Source: Solirubrobacterales bacterium
GTDB taxonomy: Bacteria; Actinomycetota; Thermoleophilia; Solirubrobacterales; Solirubrobacteraceae
Direction of reading: 5' to 3'
DNA: 64,000 nucleotides
NCBI GenBank assembly: GCA_038260305.1
Contig: JBBSNY010000010.1
Span: 582-64,581 of the forward strand
Shown here: one piece after another, positions 1 through 8,826 of the stretch
Position numbering within the stretch: position 1 is the stretch's first letter
Layout: each line of letters begins with the position of its first letter
The notes under the pieces: generated by a model
What the model was told of the DNA's origin: nothing
The model's input: only the letters and a program-made list of their open reading frames with translations
Database searches by the model: none
Program-made: the position numbers and the translations under genes

Positions 1-439
1 CGTCGCGATGCACGAGCCCGCGGTCGTGCGCGGCGTCGAGCGCGCCGGCGACCTGCGTGACGATGTCGGAGACGAGCGCGAGATCCATCGGGCCGCCATC
101 GATGACCGCCCGCAGCGTGGTCCCCGGGATGAAGCGCATCGCGAGGTACAGCACGCCCTCGAATTCGCCGCCGCGGTGGATCGGCACGATGTTCGGGTGA
201 TCGAGCGACGCCGCCAGGCGGCATTCCGCCTTGAAGCGCGCGACCGCCGTCGCGTTCAACGCGTGCTCGGGCGCGATGATCTTCAGCGCGATCTCGCGAT
301 CGAGGTCGGGGTCGATGGCCTTGTAGACGACTCCCATGCCGCCTCGATCGACGACGCGTTCGACGATGTAGCCGGCAAACTCCGAGCCAGGTTCGAGGTG
401 GGAGGTGGTGCGCTTCGGGCCTTCGGACAAATCGGTCAC
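1..439 (-). CDS. Ser/Thr protein kinase (Hanks type), N-terminal part; gene continues past the left edge
   Basis: Absent from the ORF track (no stop inside the window). My reverse-strand translation from GTG 439, with an in-frame TAG directly upstream: VTDLSEGPKRTTSHLEPGSEFAGYIVERVVDRGGMGVVYKAIDPDLDREIALKII...SLDHPNIVPIHRGG...ALDAAHDRGLVHRD. This shows the glycine loop, the invariant Lys context and the HRD catalytic loop. The listed + ORF 8..454 is its antisense shadow. Confidence 0.8.
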   Translation of the reverse strand, partial: MTDLSEGPKRTTSHLEPGSEFAGYIVERVVDRGGMGVVYKAIDPDLDREIALKIIAPEHALNATAVARFKAECRLAASLDHPNIVPIHRGGEFEGVLYLAMRFIPGTTLRAVIDGGPMDLALVSDIVTQVAGALDAAHDRGLVHRD

Positions 440-613
440 CTACGTCGAAGTTGAGATGTCCTCGCGATCGCCTCCGACGAATGCGCCGGAAGCGGGTGCG
501 AGCGGCTCGATCGGGTGGCGGGATCCTAGATCCCCGTGCTTGTAACGCGCAAGTGCCAGGAGTGTGAGGATCGGCACGCTTCCCGCTCCACGCGGCCGGG
601 GGCGCCGCCGGCG

Positions 614-1414
614 CTAGCGCGGTTCGATGAACAGCGACTGCGCGCAGACGCCGATCGGGCCGTCGAGGTCGTGCAGCGTCGCCGTCGAGAGGCCGAATCC
701 GCTCGCCGACAACGAAGTCCGCGCGTCGAGGCCGATCCACTCCCCGATGGCCTCGCGGTGCAGGTGGATCGTGAGCTCGGTGTTCACGAACAGCCAGTCG
801 CGGAAGGGCAGGATCCAGCTCAGGCCGTTGGCGAAGTCGGCGGCCGCGGCGACGCGGGCGAGCTGCGACGGAGCCTCACCGGGGACGAGCTCGCCGCGCA
901 GGCGGATCCATGCGGCGACCGCACCGCTGCCGAGCTCGCCGCCGACCTGGCTGATCGCGCACGCGTCGGGATAGAACATGGCGCGCTCGCGCGCCGTGAA
1001 CAGCGGCAGCTCGACGCCGTCCTCGGGTGGCGGCAGGGATGCGACGGCGTCGGCGTGCGCGGCGGCCGCGGCCGGCATGTCGGCACGCCGAACGCGCACG
1101 GCGCGAGCGAGGCACGCGCTGCGGCCGCCGGCATCCAGAGACGCGTCGACGACCTGGAAGCGCCGGCCGGGGCGGGCGAGTCCAGACGCCACGGCGACGG
1201 GTCCGAGCGCGACGGCGCTGAGGAAGTCGATCGTCAGGCGCGTCACGACGAGCTCGCTGCCCGGCGCGGTCGCCTCGATCGCGCGCGCGATGAGCGCCGA
1301 CGGCGCGCCGCCGTGCATCATCCGCTCGTCCCACGGCCCGCGGGCGATCTCCGCGGAGGCGTAGCCGTCCGCGACGGGTTCGAACAGCGCCGGGACCGGC
1401 TCGTGCGGCGTCAC
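614..1414 (-). CDS. thioesterase-superfamily protein (acyl-CoA thioesterase II-like double hotdog)
   Basis: ORF 614..1558(-). Family-like stretches: PWDERMMHGGAPSALIARAIE and VNTELTIHLHRE. The first 48 codons of the track ORF lie in a GC-rich tandem repeat, so I moved the start to the in-frame GTG at 1414 (VTPHEPVPALFEP). Start uncertain. Confidence 0.65.
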   Translation of the reverse strand: MTPHEPVPALFEPVADGYASAEIARGPWDERMMHGGAPSALIARAIEATAPGSELVVTRLTIDFLSAVALGPVAVASGLARPGRRFQVVDASLDAGGRSACLARAVRVRRADMPAAAAAHADAVASLPPPEDGVELPLFTARERAMFYPDACAISQVGGELGSGAVAAWIRLRGELVPGEAPSQLARVAAAADFANGLSWILPFRDWLFVNTELTIHLHREAIGEWIGLDARTSLSASGFGLSTATLHDLDGPIGVCAQSLFIEPR

Positions 1415-1428
1415 GGCGTAGACGCTAC

Positions 1429-1566
1429 CCGGCCCGACGGTCGGGCGGACGATCTGGTCCGGGCCGAGGATCCGGCGCGACGGCCCGGCCCGGCGGTCCG
1501 GCCGGATCGATCTGGTCCGGCCCGAAGGTCCGGCGCGACGGGTCCGGCCCGACGGCATGGCCGCCG
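1429..1566. repeat. imperfect ~58-bp tandem repeat (2 units) between the thioesterase start and the helicase stop
   Basis: gatctggtccgggccgaggatccggcgcgacggcccggcc at 1451 recurs as gatctggtccggcccgaaggtccggcgcgacgggtccggcc at 1509. ccggcccgacgg flanks both ends. Confidence 0.55.
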
Positions 1567-1582
1567 GGCATGACCGCGACGG

Positions 1583-2872
1583 CTAGCGGCTGTGGCGACC
1601 GGAGCCGCTCGGGCGGCCCGAGCCGGCCGGGCGAGCGGGACCGGCAGCGGCCGCGCGCTCGCGGCGCCCCGGGCGCGTGCCCGGGCGCGCCGAGGAGCGG
1701 CGCGGCTTGCCCACGCCGCCACCGCCACCGCCACCGCCACCGCTCGTCGTGGTCGGCAGCCCGCTGAGCGAGAACTCGCGGTGCAGGCCGAGATCGGACG
1801 CGATGCGGCTCATGTCGCGCGCCTGGTCGCCGAGCACGAACGTGACGCTGATGCCCGAGCGCCCCGCGCGGCCGGTGCGGCCGGTGCGGTGGACGTAGCC
1901 GTCGCGGTCCTCGGGCATGTCGTAGTTGATGACGTGCGTCACGTCGCGCACGTCGATGCCGCGCGCCGCGACGTCGGTCGCCACGAGCGTGTCGACCTCG
2001 CCGCGCTCGAAGCGGGCGAGCGCCTTCTCGCGCTGAGACTGCGTCTTGTCGCCGTGCATCGCGAGCGCGGTGACGTTGTGGTCGCGCAGGCGCTTGACGA
2101 GCCGGTCGCAGCCGCGCTTCGTGCGCACGAAGACGATCGTCAGACCGCGCTCGGCGTCGCGCAACTCGGCGACGAGGTGGGCGACCTTGGCCTCGTGCTG
2201 GACCTTGATGAAGCGGTGCTCGGTCTCGGGTGTGTTCGCATCGACCGGCGGGACGTGCTCGTGACGGCGCGGGTCGTTCGTGTACGCCTTGGCGATCGTG
2301 CCGGCGTCGCCCTCGAGCGTCGCGGAGAAGAACAGCGTCTGGCGGTTGCGCGGCGTGCGCGCGACGATCCGGTCGACGGCCGGGCGAAAGCCCATGTCGA
2401 GCATCCGGTCGGCCTCGTCGAGGACGAGGATCTGGATGTGCTCGAGCGTGATGGCGCGGCGCTGGAGGATGTCCTCCAGGCGGCCGGGCGTCGCGACGAG
2501 GATGTGGGCGCGGCGGGCGAGCTTCATCTGACGCTCGATGCCGGCGCCGCCGTAGACGCAGGCGACGGACAGCGCGCGGGCGTGCGCCAGGTCGGTCATG
2601 TCGTCGACGATCTGCAGGGCCAGCTCACGGGTCGGAGCGAGGATCAGCGCGCCGGGACGGCGGTCGGTCGCCTTGAGGCGCTCGACGATGGGGATCGCGA
2701 AGGCGAGCGTCTTGCCCGATCCGGTCGGGGATTTGGCGAGGACGTCGTGACCCTCGAGGACGTCCGGAATGACGATGTTCTGGATCGCGAACGGATCCGT
2801 GATGTCGCGCGCCCTGAGCGCATCGACCACCACAGCGGACACGCCGAGATCGGCGAAGGACTTCGAAGACAT
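1583..2872 (-). CDS. DEAD-box ATP-dependent RNA helicase with Gly/Arg-rich C-terminal tail
   Basis: ORF 1583..2872(-). Motifs: AKSPTGSGKT (I), DEAD (II), SAT (III), HRTGRTGRAGRSG (VI). C-terminal GGGGGGGG run then an Arg-rich tail. Confidence 0.95.
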   Translation of the reverse strand: MSSKSFADLGVSAVVVDALRARDITDPFAIQNIVIPDVLEGHDVLAKSPTGSGKTLAFAIPIVERLKATDRRPGALILAPTRELALQIVDDMTDLAHARALSVACVYGGAGIERQMKLARRAHILVATPGRLEDILQRRAITLEHIQILVLDEADRMLDMGFRPAVDRIVARTPRNRQTLFFSATLEGDAGTIAKAYTNDPRRHEHVPPVDANTPETEHRFIKVQHEAKVAHLVAELRDAERGLTIVFVRTKRGCDRLVKRLRDHNVTALAMHGDKTQSQREKALARFERGEVDTLVATDVAARGIDVRDVTHVINYDMPEDRDGYVHRTGRTGRAGRSGISVTFVLGDQARDMSRIASDLGLHREFSLSGLPTTTSGGGGGGGGGVGKPRRSSARPGTRPGRRERAAAAGPARPAGSGRPSGSGRHSR

Positions 2873-3028
2873 GGGGAATGGCTCCTAACGATGGCCTCGC
2901 GGAATCGCGAACGGCCAACAAGCAGTTCGGGAGATTCGACTGACCCGAACCGCGAAAGCGCACTCGAAGACAAGAACCTCATGGGCAACGGCGTCGCCCG
3001 TGGCCTAGACGGTAGCACCACGTTCCCC

Positions 3029-3047
3029 CTGCATTGCGGCAATGCAG
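3029..3047. promoter_or_regulatory. perfect 9+9 bp palindrome in the divergent helicase/aminotransferase intergenic region
   Basis: ctgcattgc-g-gcaatgcag. It overlaps ATG 3042 and the AGGAGA at 3046-3051. Operator or RNA hairpin; function not known. Confidence 0.3.
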
Positions 3048-4265
3048 GAGAAACGCGCGATCATGGGTGGGATGCCGCCTCCCCTGCCCTCCCTCTCCAA
3101 TCGCCTCGGAGACGTGGAGTCCTCGCCGGTGCGGGAGATCCTGAAGCTCACCGAGCGCGCCGAGGTCATCTCGTTCGCCGGCGGACTGCCCGCGCCCGAG
3201 CTGTTCCCCGCCGAGATGGTCGCGCAGGCGTTCGCGACAGCGCTCGGGCCGACCGTCGTGGCGCGCGCGCTCCAGTACTCGACGACCGAGGGCGACCCGG
3301 AACTGCGCGCGCTGCTCGCCGGCCGCTTCGCCGGGCGCGGCCTGCCGGCGCAGGCCGACGAGATCCTCGTCACGACCGGCTCCCAGCAGGCGCTCGGCCT
3401 CGTCGCGAGCGTGCTGATCGATCCCGGCGACGTCGTGCTCGTCGAGAACCCGTCCTACCTCGCGGCGCTGCAGAGCTTCGGCTTCGCGGGCGCGAGGCTC
3501 GTGGCGGCGCCGTGTGACGAGGATGGCCTCGACCCGGAGGCGCTGCCCGCCCTGATCGCCGAGCACCGGCCGAAGTTCCTCTACCTCGTACCGACGTTTC
3601 AGAATCCGACCGGCCGCACCCTGCCCGACGCGCGCCGTCGCCGGCTCGCCGAGATCGTCGCCGTGCACGGGTTGTGGCTTGTCGAGGACGACCCCTACGG
3701 AGAGCTGCGCTACGACGGCGAGCCGCTCGCGCCGATCGCGTCCTACCCAGGCGCAGGCGATCGCACGGTCAGCGTGTCGTCGCTTTCGAAGGTGCTCGCA
3801 CCCGGCCTGCGGATCGGCTTCCTACGCGCGCCCGAGGCGCTGCTGTCGCCGCTGGTCGTCGCCAAGCAGGCGGCCGACCTCCACACCTCGACCGTCGATC
3901 AGCACGCCGCCCGCATCAGCCTGCAGACCGGCGACCTCGACGAGCACATCGAGCTGATCTGCGCGGAGTACCGCCGCCGCCGCGACGCGCTGCTTGGCGG
4001 CCTCGCCGCCGCGCTGCCCGCGGGCTCGGAGTTCAACCACCCCGACGGCGGGATGTTCGTGTGGGCGCGGCTGCCGGCGGGCTGGGACGCGACGCAGCTG
4101 CTGCGCCGGGCGCTCGATCACGACGTCGCCTTCGTGCCAGGCGCGCCCTTCTACGCGACCGATCCCGACCCGCGCACGCTGCGTCTGTCGTTCACGACGC
4201 ACCCGCCGGCGGAGATCGTCGAGGGGCTCAAGCGCCTGCGCGCGGCCGCGTCAGGCGGCAACTAG
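3042..4265 (+). CDS. PLP-dependent aminotransferase (class I/II, 2-aminoadipate/LysN-like)
   Basis: ORF 3042..4265(+). Motifs: FAGGLPAPELFP, YSTTEGDPELR, FQNPTGRTL, and the PLP-lysine context SLSKVLAPGLRIGF. AGGAGA at 3046-3051 makes ATG 3063 an equally likely start. Confidence 0.9.
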   Translation: MQEKRAIMGGMPPPLPSLSNRLGDVESSPVREILKLTERAEVISFAGGLPAPELFPAEMVAQAFATALGPTVVARALQYSTTEGDPELRALLAGRFAGRGLPAQADEILVTTGSQQALGLVASVLIDPGDVVLVENPSYLAALQSFGFAGARLVAAPCDEDGLDPEALPALIAEHRPKFLYLVPTFQNPTGRTLPDARRRRLAEIVAVHGLWLVEDDPYGELRYDGEPLAPIASYPGAGDRTVSVSSLSKVLAPGLRIGFLRAPEALLSPLVVAKQAADLHTSTVDQHAARISLQTGDLDEHIELICAEYRRRRDALLGGLAAALPAGSEFNHPDGGMFVWARLPAGWDATQLLRRALDHDVAFVPGAPFYATDPDPRTLRLSFTTHPPAEIVEGLKRLRAAASGGN

Positions 4266-4285
4266 CCGGGAGCTCCGTGGCTTCA

Positions 4286-4336
4286 GGGGGTTTGTCGATC
4301 TGAGGGCGTATAGGACCTCTAGATCGACACACCCCC
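4286..4336. repeat. REP-like palindromic element, copy 1 (between convergent genes)
   Basis: gggggtttgtcgatct-gagggcgtataggacctc-tagatcgacacaccccc: a 16-bp stem with 1 mismatch. It is the reverse complement of the element at 60954..61004 with 2 substitutions. Confidence 0.75.
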
Positions 4337-4371
4337 GTGTCCAGCGCAGGCGTCTTCCCCGGGCGTTTCGC

Positions 4372-5238
4372 TCAGGTCGGGGCCGCCGCCGTGCCCACGA
4401 CCTCGGGGGCGCTGCGCTCGAGCGCCGGCCAGCCGACGTCCTGTGCGCGCTCGCGCTCCTCGGCGGCGACGCCACCGCGGATGCCGAACAGCCGCTTCGC
4501 ATAGAGCAGATAGGCGACGACGGCGAGGTTGATGACGATGGTGATGATCTTCAAGACCGACAGCTTGTGCGCGAGCTCGTAGGCCTCGAGCGGCAGCAGC
4601 GACGCGGTCACGACGAACGTCAGGTACTCCGCCCAGCGCCGCTGGTACCAGAGCCCGAACGCCTCGATCCCCTCGACAAGCGCGTAGGCGACGAACACGA
4701 GGCCGACGAGGCGCAGCGTCCCGGAGCCCGTCGAGAATGCGCGCTCGATCTCGTGCAGGATGCCGTGGCTCGGCGTCTTCTCGCCGCCGGTGCCGAGCTG
4801 CAGGTCGGTGAGGATCTGATAGAAGCGCCCGCGCAGCGCCTCGCGATGGGCCGCGAAGACGAAGATCACGACGGCGATCGCGCCGAGCACGAGGAAGTGC
4901 GCGAGCCGGTTCACGGCGATGCAGCGCAACACGATCTTGTCGCGCAGCGGCTTGCCGCGCAGGGGCAGGTCGATCTCCTCGCGCGTGGGCGGCGCCTCGC
5001 GGACCGGATCGGATGGCGCGCCGACCGGCAGCCAGGAGTCGCAGCGCAGGCAGCGATGCCAGCGCACGCCCTCGATCTCGCGCGCTACGAGCGCGTCGTC
5101 GGCCGTCAGCCGGCGAGCGTCGATGCCGATCAGCTCGTGTCCGGCGATCGCGCACGCGAGCAGCTCGTAGTGCAGCTTCGGACGCAGCCGACTCGGCTCG
5201 ACGAGCTCGACGCCGGGCAGTCGGTGGCGCTCACGCAT
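4372..5238 (-). CDS. DUF2127-like integral membrane protein
   Basis: ORF 4372..5238(-). N-terminal Cys pair (HRCLRCDSW), then about 4 hydrophobic helices (LAHFLVLGAIAVVIFVF, LVGLVFVAYALVEGIEAFGLW, LTFVVTASLLPLEAY, IITIVINLAVVAYLLY). Confidence 0.65.
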   Translation of the reverse strand: MRERHRLPGVELVEPSRLRPKLHYELLACAIAGHELIGIDARRLTADDALVAREIEGVRWHRCLRCDSWLPVGAPSDPVREAPPTREEIDLPLRGKPLRDKIVLRCIAVNRLAHFLVLGAIAVVIFVFAAHREALRGRFYQILTDLQLGTGGEKTPSHGILHEIERAFSTGSGTLRLVGLVFVAYALVEGIEAFGLWYQRRWAEYLTFVVTASLLPLEAYELAHKLSVLKIITIVINLAVVAYLLYAKRLFGIRGGVAAEERERAQDVGWPALERSAPEVVGTAAAPT

Positions 5239-5321
5239 GTCGCAGCCTCACGGCACCAGCTTCGCACGGCGCGCGTCGGGCGATGGCTGCGATCCGCGCC
5301 GGGTGTGATTGGCTGGGCGCC

Positions 5322-5534
5322 ATGGCACCGCGCGACCTCTCGATCCGGGGCGACACGATCCGTCTCGGCCAGCTGCTGAAGCTCGCCGGCCTCGCCGAGT
5401 CCGGCGGCCACGCGCGCGAGCTCGTGCAGGACGGCGCGGTGGTCGTCAACGGCGAGGTCGACATGCGCCGCGGCCGCCAACTGCACCGCGGCGACGTCGT
5501 GCAGGTCGACGACGAGTCCGTACGCGTCGCCTGA
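5322..5534 (+). CDS. S4-domain RNA-binding protein (YbcJ-like), 70 aa
   Basis: C-terminal part of ORF 5013..5534, from ATG 5322: MAPRDLSIRGDTIRLGQLLKLAGLAESGGHARELVQDGAVVVNGEVDMRRGRQLHRGDVVQVDDESVRVA. This is the typical small S4 fold pattern. Confidence 0.8.
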   Translation: MAPRDLSIRGDTIRLGQLLKLAGLAESGGHARELVQDGAVVVNGEVDMRRGRQLHRGDVVQVDDESVRVA

Positions 5535-5659
5535 GGATCAGGCCCGGCACCTCGCCTGAGGATCAGGCCCGGCGCGTCGCCTGAGGATCAGGCCCGGCGC
5601 GTCGCCTGAGGATCAGGCCCGGCGCGTCGCCTGACGATCAGGCCCGGCGCGTCGCCTGC
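5527..5659. repeat. 25-bp tandem repeat, 5 full copies plus a partial one; the first copy contains the S4 gene stop codon
   Basis: The unit tcgcctgaggatcaggcccggcgcg starts at 5527, 5552, 5577, 5602 and 5627, with a partial copy at 5652. It has no spacers, so it is not CRISPR-like. Confidence 0.9.
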
Positions 5660-5681
5660 GTCGCGTAGCGTTCGGCCCACG

Positions 5682-7178
5682 ATGGCCGACCGCTTCGACT
5701 CCTACCTGCGCCGCGCCGCCGAGCTCGTGCGCGACGGTGACGTGGCGCGCGCCGAGGGCTTCGAGCGACTTGCGCGCCAGACCCTCGAGCGGCTCGGCTC
5801 GCCGCCGCAGCTCGCGTCCCGGCTGCATGCGCTGCGCGGCGACCGCGCGCTGCGCCAGGCCGACTACCCGCTCTCCGAAGAGGCGTTCGGGGACGCGATC
5901 GCGTCGCTGCGCGAGTCCGGCGGCGGCGGGCGCGAGCTCTTCGAGCTGCTGCAGAAGCTTGGCCTGTCGCGCTCGCATCAGGGCGCCGACGAGCGCGCGC
6001 TGGAGGCGTTCGACGAGGCGATCGCCCTCGCGACCACGATCGGCCCGGCGTTCTATCCCGCCGCCTACGTCCAGATCGCGCGCGCTGAGTCGCTGCGGCG
6101 GCTGTCGCGCCGGGCGGATGCCGAGGAGAGCCTGCGCGCGGCGATCGCCGCCGCCGAGTTCGCGCCGCCCGAAGGCCGCGACAAGATCGCCCGCGCGGCG
6201 CGCGGCGCGCTCGATGCGCTGCGCGGGCGGGTGGGATCGGAATCGGGCTCGGCCGCGGGCTCGGCGGGGTCCCCCGCTGCTGTGGCCGCCGGCAGGCCCG
6301 CCCCGCCGGCGCCACCCGCTCCGCTCGATCCCTCGCGGCTGCGCGCCGACGAGGGCGACTACGACGCCGTCCTCGCCGAGCTCGACGAGCTGATCGGGCT
6401 CGCCGCCGTCAAGGCCGAGGTGCGCCGCCTCGCCGAGCTCCTGCGGATCGCGACGATGCGTCGCGCAGAGGGGCTGCGGACCGTGCAGGTCTCGCTGCAC
6501 CTCGTCTTCCAGGGCGGCGCGGGTACCGGCAAGACGACCGTCGCACGGCTCTTCGGACGCCTCTACAAGAGCCTCGGGCTGCTGGCGACCGACAACGTCG
6601 TCGAGGTCACGCGCGAGGACCTCGTCTCCGGCTACGTCGGGCAGACGGCGACGAAGACGAGCCAGGCGATCGACCGGGCGCTCGACGGCGTCCTGTTCCT
6701 CGACGAGGCGTACGGGCTCGTGCGGGCCGGCAGCGAGGGCGACTTCGGGCCCGAGGCCGTCGTCGAGCTGCTGAAACGCATGGAGGACGACCGCTCGCGG
6801 CTGGCCGTCATCGCCGCCGGCTACCCGCACGAGATGACGGAGTTCCTCGCCTCGAACTCGGGCTTTCGCAGCCGCTTCGGCGAGACGATCCACTTCGAGG
6901 ACTACGGCCCCGCCGAGCTCGTCGCGATCTTCGAGAAGTTCGCCGCCGACGCCGACTACGCGCTCGAACCGGAGGCGAAGCTCGAGCTGCAGCGCGTCAT
7001 GGAGCGCCTGCACGCGGCCCGCGACCGCTTCTTCGGCAACGCCCGCACCGCGCGCAACCTCTTCGACGACATCGTGTCGCACCAAGCCGAGCGGCTGCTG
7101 AAGAGCCCGGCCAAGCCCGACCGCGCGGCGCTGATGGCGCTGACGGTCGCCGACGTTCGGGCCGCGGCCCCGTCCTGA
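5682..7178 (+). CDS. AAA+ ATPase (CbxX/SpoVK/EccA-like) with N-terminal TPR-like helical region
   Basis: ORF 5682..7178(+). Walker A is FQGGAGTGKTTVA and Walker B is VLFLDEAYGL. IAAGYP is characteristic of the CbxX/SpoVK subfamily. Confidence 0.9.
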   Translation: MADRFDSYLRRAAELVRDGDVARAEGFERLARQTLERLGSPPQLASRLHALRGDRALRQADYPLSEEAFGDAIASLRESGGGGRELFELLQKLGLSRSHQGADERALEAFDEAIALATTIGPAFYPAAYVQIARAESLRRLSRRADAEESLRAAIAAAEFAPPEGRDKIARAARGALDALRGRVGSESGSAAGSAGSPAAVAAGRPAPPAPPAPLDPSRLRADEGDYDAVLAELDELIGLAAVKAEVRRLAELLRIATMRRAEGLRTVQVSLHLVFQGGAGTGKTTVARLFGRLYKSLGLLATDNVVEVTREDLVSGYVGQTATKTSQAIDRALDGVLFLDEAYGLVRAGSEGDFGPEAVVELLKRMEDDRSRLAVIAAGYPHEMTEFLASNSGFRSRFGETIHFEDYGPAELVAIFEKFAADADYALEPEAKLELQRVMERLHAARDRFFGNARTARNLFDDIVSHQAERLLKSPAKPDRAALMALTVADVRAAAPS

Positions 7179-7194
7179 GCGGGGTCGGCGCGGC

Positions 7195-7779
7195 TTACGG
7201 AACGGGGACGAGCGGGCTGTCGAGCCCGGCCGCGATCCCACGCTCGGCGGCCAGCAGCTCGAGCATGACCGCCGTGTCGGCGATCGCGACGCCGGTGAGG
7301 TGGTCCGAGCGAGCGGAGAAGTCGGCCTCGATCGCCGCGAGCGCGGTCGCATAGGCGTCGGCGTCGCGGTCGGCGAGCGCGCGCAGCGCGTGCGCGGTGC
7401 GTTCGAACGCCTCGCCGCGCGGCTCCATGCGAGCGGCGCGCACGGCGACCTCATCGTCGTCGCCGAGGATGACCGCGGCGACCGCGAGCACGTACGAGGC
7501 GACCGGCGAGCCGTCGGCGTTCTCGTCGCCCTCCAGCGCCGCGCGCACGTCGGCGGCGGCGGGCTCGGCGCGGCCGCCGAGCACGGCGGCCTTCAGCAGG
7601 CCGACGAGGCGGCCGTAGCTCTTCGGCGGCGCGAGCTCCCACGACGCGCGGTACTGCTCGACGGCGCGCGCGTATGCGGCGCGCGCCGCGTCGTGATCGC
7701 CTGCGAGCAGGGCGCCGTGCGCCTCGCCCTCGGTCACAATCGCGGCCATCATGAGCTCGCGGTGTTCGCCGTCGTCCAT
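7195..7779 (-). CDS. hypothetical all-alpha protein
   Basis: ORF 7195..7932(-), trimmed to ATG 7779 (MDDGEHRELMMAAIV), 13 nt downstream of the HPP gene stop. No recognisable motif. Confidence 0.5.
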   Translation of the reverse strand: MDDGEHRELMMAAIVTEGEAHGALLAGDHDAARAAYARAVEQYRASWELAPPKSYGRLVGLLKAAVLGGRAEPAAADVRAALEGDENADGSPVASYVLAVAAVILGDDDEVAVRAARMEPRGEAFERTAHALRALADRDADAYATALAAIEADFSARSDHLTGVAIADTAVMLELLAAERGIAAGLDSPLVPVP

Positions 7780-7792
7780 GCTCGCCCAGAGG

Positions 7793-8818
7793 TTACGCCC
7801 GCTCGGGGCTCGGCGCACGTGATCGCCACGGTTGGCGCGCGGCGACGCCAACGCCGTAGACGCCGAGGTACAGCGCGCCGCCGCCCGCGGCGATCGCAAG
7901 CGTGTAGCTGATCGGCTTGGCGAACGCGCCACCGAGGATCTGCGGGATCAGCGCGATCGCGAGCGCCGGCGGGTGCGGGGCGGCAAGCAACAGCATGACG
8001 ACGAGCGTTCCGACGATCGCGAGCGCGCCCGCGACCCAGGCCACGGGCACGAGCGCCGTCGCGACCGACCCGCACAGCGCCGCACCGACGAGCAGCGCCC
8101 AGCGGCGCAGCCCGACCTGCGCCTCGAGCGGGCCGCGCCCGAGCCATTCGAGACACGAGACAAACAGCGGCGGCGCGATCACGGCGGCCGGCAGCGCCAG
8201 CAGCTCGCCGCCCACGAGGATCCACATGACGATCACGAGCCAGGCCCCGGCGACGGCGCCGGTTGCGTAGCGTCCCGAGCCCGCAACGCCATGCGGACCC
8301 CGCGCGCGTGGCGGATATGTTGCCCCTGGCGACACAAAGGTGCCACGCGCGCCCGCCCGGCGGCGCGGCTGGCGCTCGCGCTCACGCTCGCGTGGGAAGA
8401 AGCGCATGCCGGCCGCGACCACGAGCGAGATCACGAGCACGGCGAGCGGATAGCTGTACTCGCGCACGTCGAAGACGATCGGCAGCACGGCGGCCGACAT
8501 CGACGGGGCGAGGCGCGTGTCGAGCAGCTGCAGCGCGATCATCGCGACCGTGACGGCGACGAGGAGCGTCGCCGTCGACGACAGGTCCGCGCGCAGCAGC
8601 AGCACGCCGGCGGCGGCGAAGACCGGCGGCAGCAGGGCGACCCGCCAGCGCGACGCCGACCAGCCCGGCAGGCCGAGCGACCAGATGCCCATCACGAGCG
8701 CGGCGCCCTCCGGGAAGATGATCTCGTTCGTGCCGAGCAGCGATGCGAGCGCGAGCATCGGCACGACGACCGCCAACGGCAGCACCCAAGCCACGTCGAT
8801 CCGCCGTCCGCCGTGCAC
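7793..8818 (-). CDS. HPP-family-like polytopic membrane protein
   Basis: ORF 7793..8818(-). Two hydrophobic halves separated by a basic loop (RERERERQPRRR). HPP signature in LLLAAPHPPALAIALIP. Confidence 0.55.
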   Translation of the reverse strand: MHGGRRIDVAWVLPLAVVVPMLALASLLGTNEIIFPEGAALVMGIWSLGLPGWSASRWRVALLPPVFAAAGVLLLRADLSSTATLLVAVTVAMIALQLLDTRLAPSMSAAVLPIVFDVREYSYPLAVLVISLVVAAGMRFFPRERERERQPRRRAGARGTFVSPGATYPPRARGPHGVAGSGRYATGAVAGAWLVIVMWILVGGELLALPAAVIAPPLFVSCLEWLGRGPLEAQVGLRRWALLVGAALCGSVATALVPVAWVAGALAIVGTLVVMLLLAAPHPPALAIALIPQILGGAFAKPISYTLAIAAGGGALYLGVYGVGVAARQPWRSRAPSPERA

Positions 8819-8826
8819 GGCGCGGA

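Noticed and set aside
8-454. + strand ORF of 148 aa at the left edge
   Set aside because: It is Arg/Asp-rich and has no motifs. The opposite strand reads as a clean protein-kinase N-terminus (GxGxxG, HRD), so this is an antisense shadow ORF.
1715-1743. (gccacc)n tract shared with 54025-54052, considered as a dispersed repeat
   Set aside because: Both tracts are simply poly-Gly coding runs (GGTGGC on the coding strand) inside unrelated genes. This is low-complexity similarity, not a mobile repeat.
1592-3517. 641-aa + strand ORF spanning the helicase and the start of the aminotransferase
   Set aside because: It is antisense to a motif-perfect DEAD-box helicase. Its composition is low complexity (A/R/G/D/V). 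It crosses a true intergenic region.
5527-5659. Possible CRISPR array
   Set aside because: The units are directly adjacent 25-mers with no unique spacers, and there are no cas genes. It is a plain tandem repeat.
5613-7454. 613-aa - strand ORF opposite the AAA ATPase
   Set aside because: Shadow ORF. It is Arg/Pro/Ala-rich, has no domains, and overlaps two well-supported genes on different strands.
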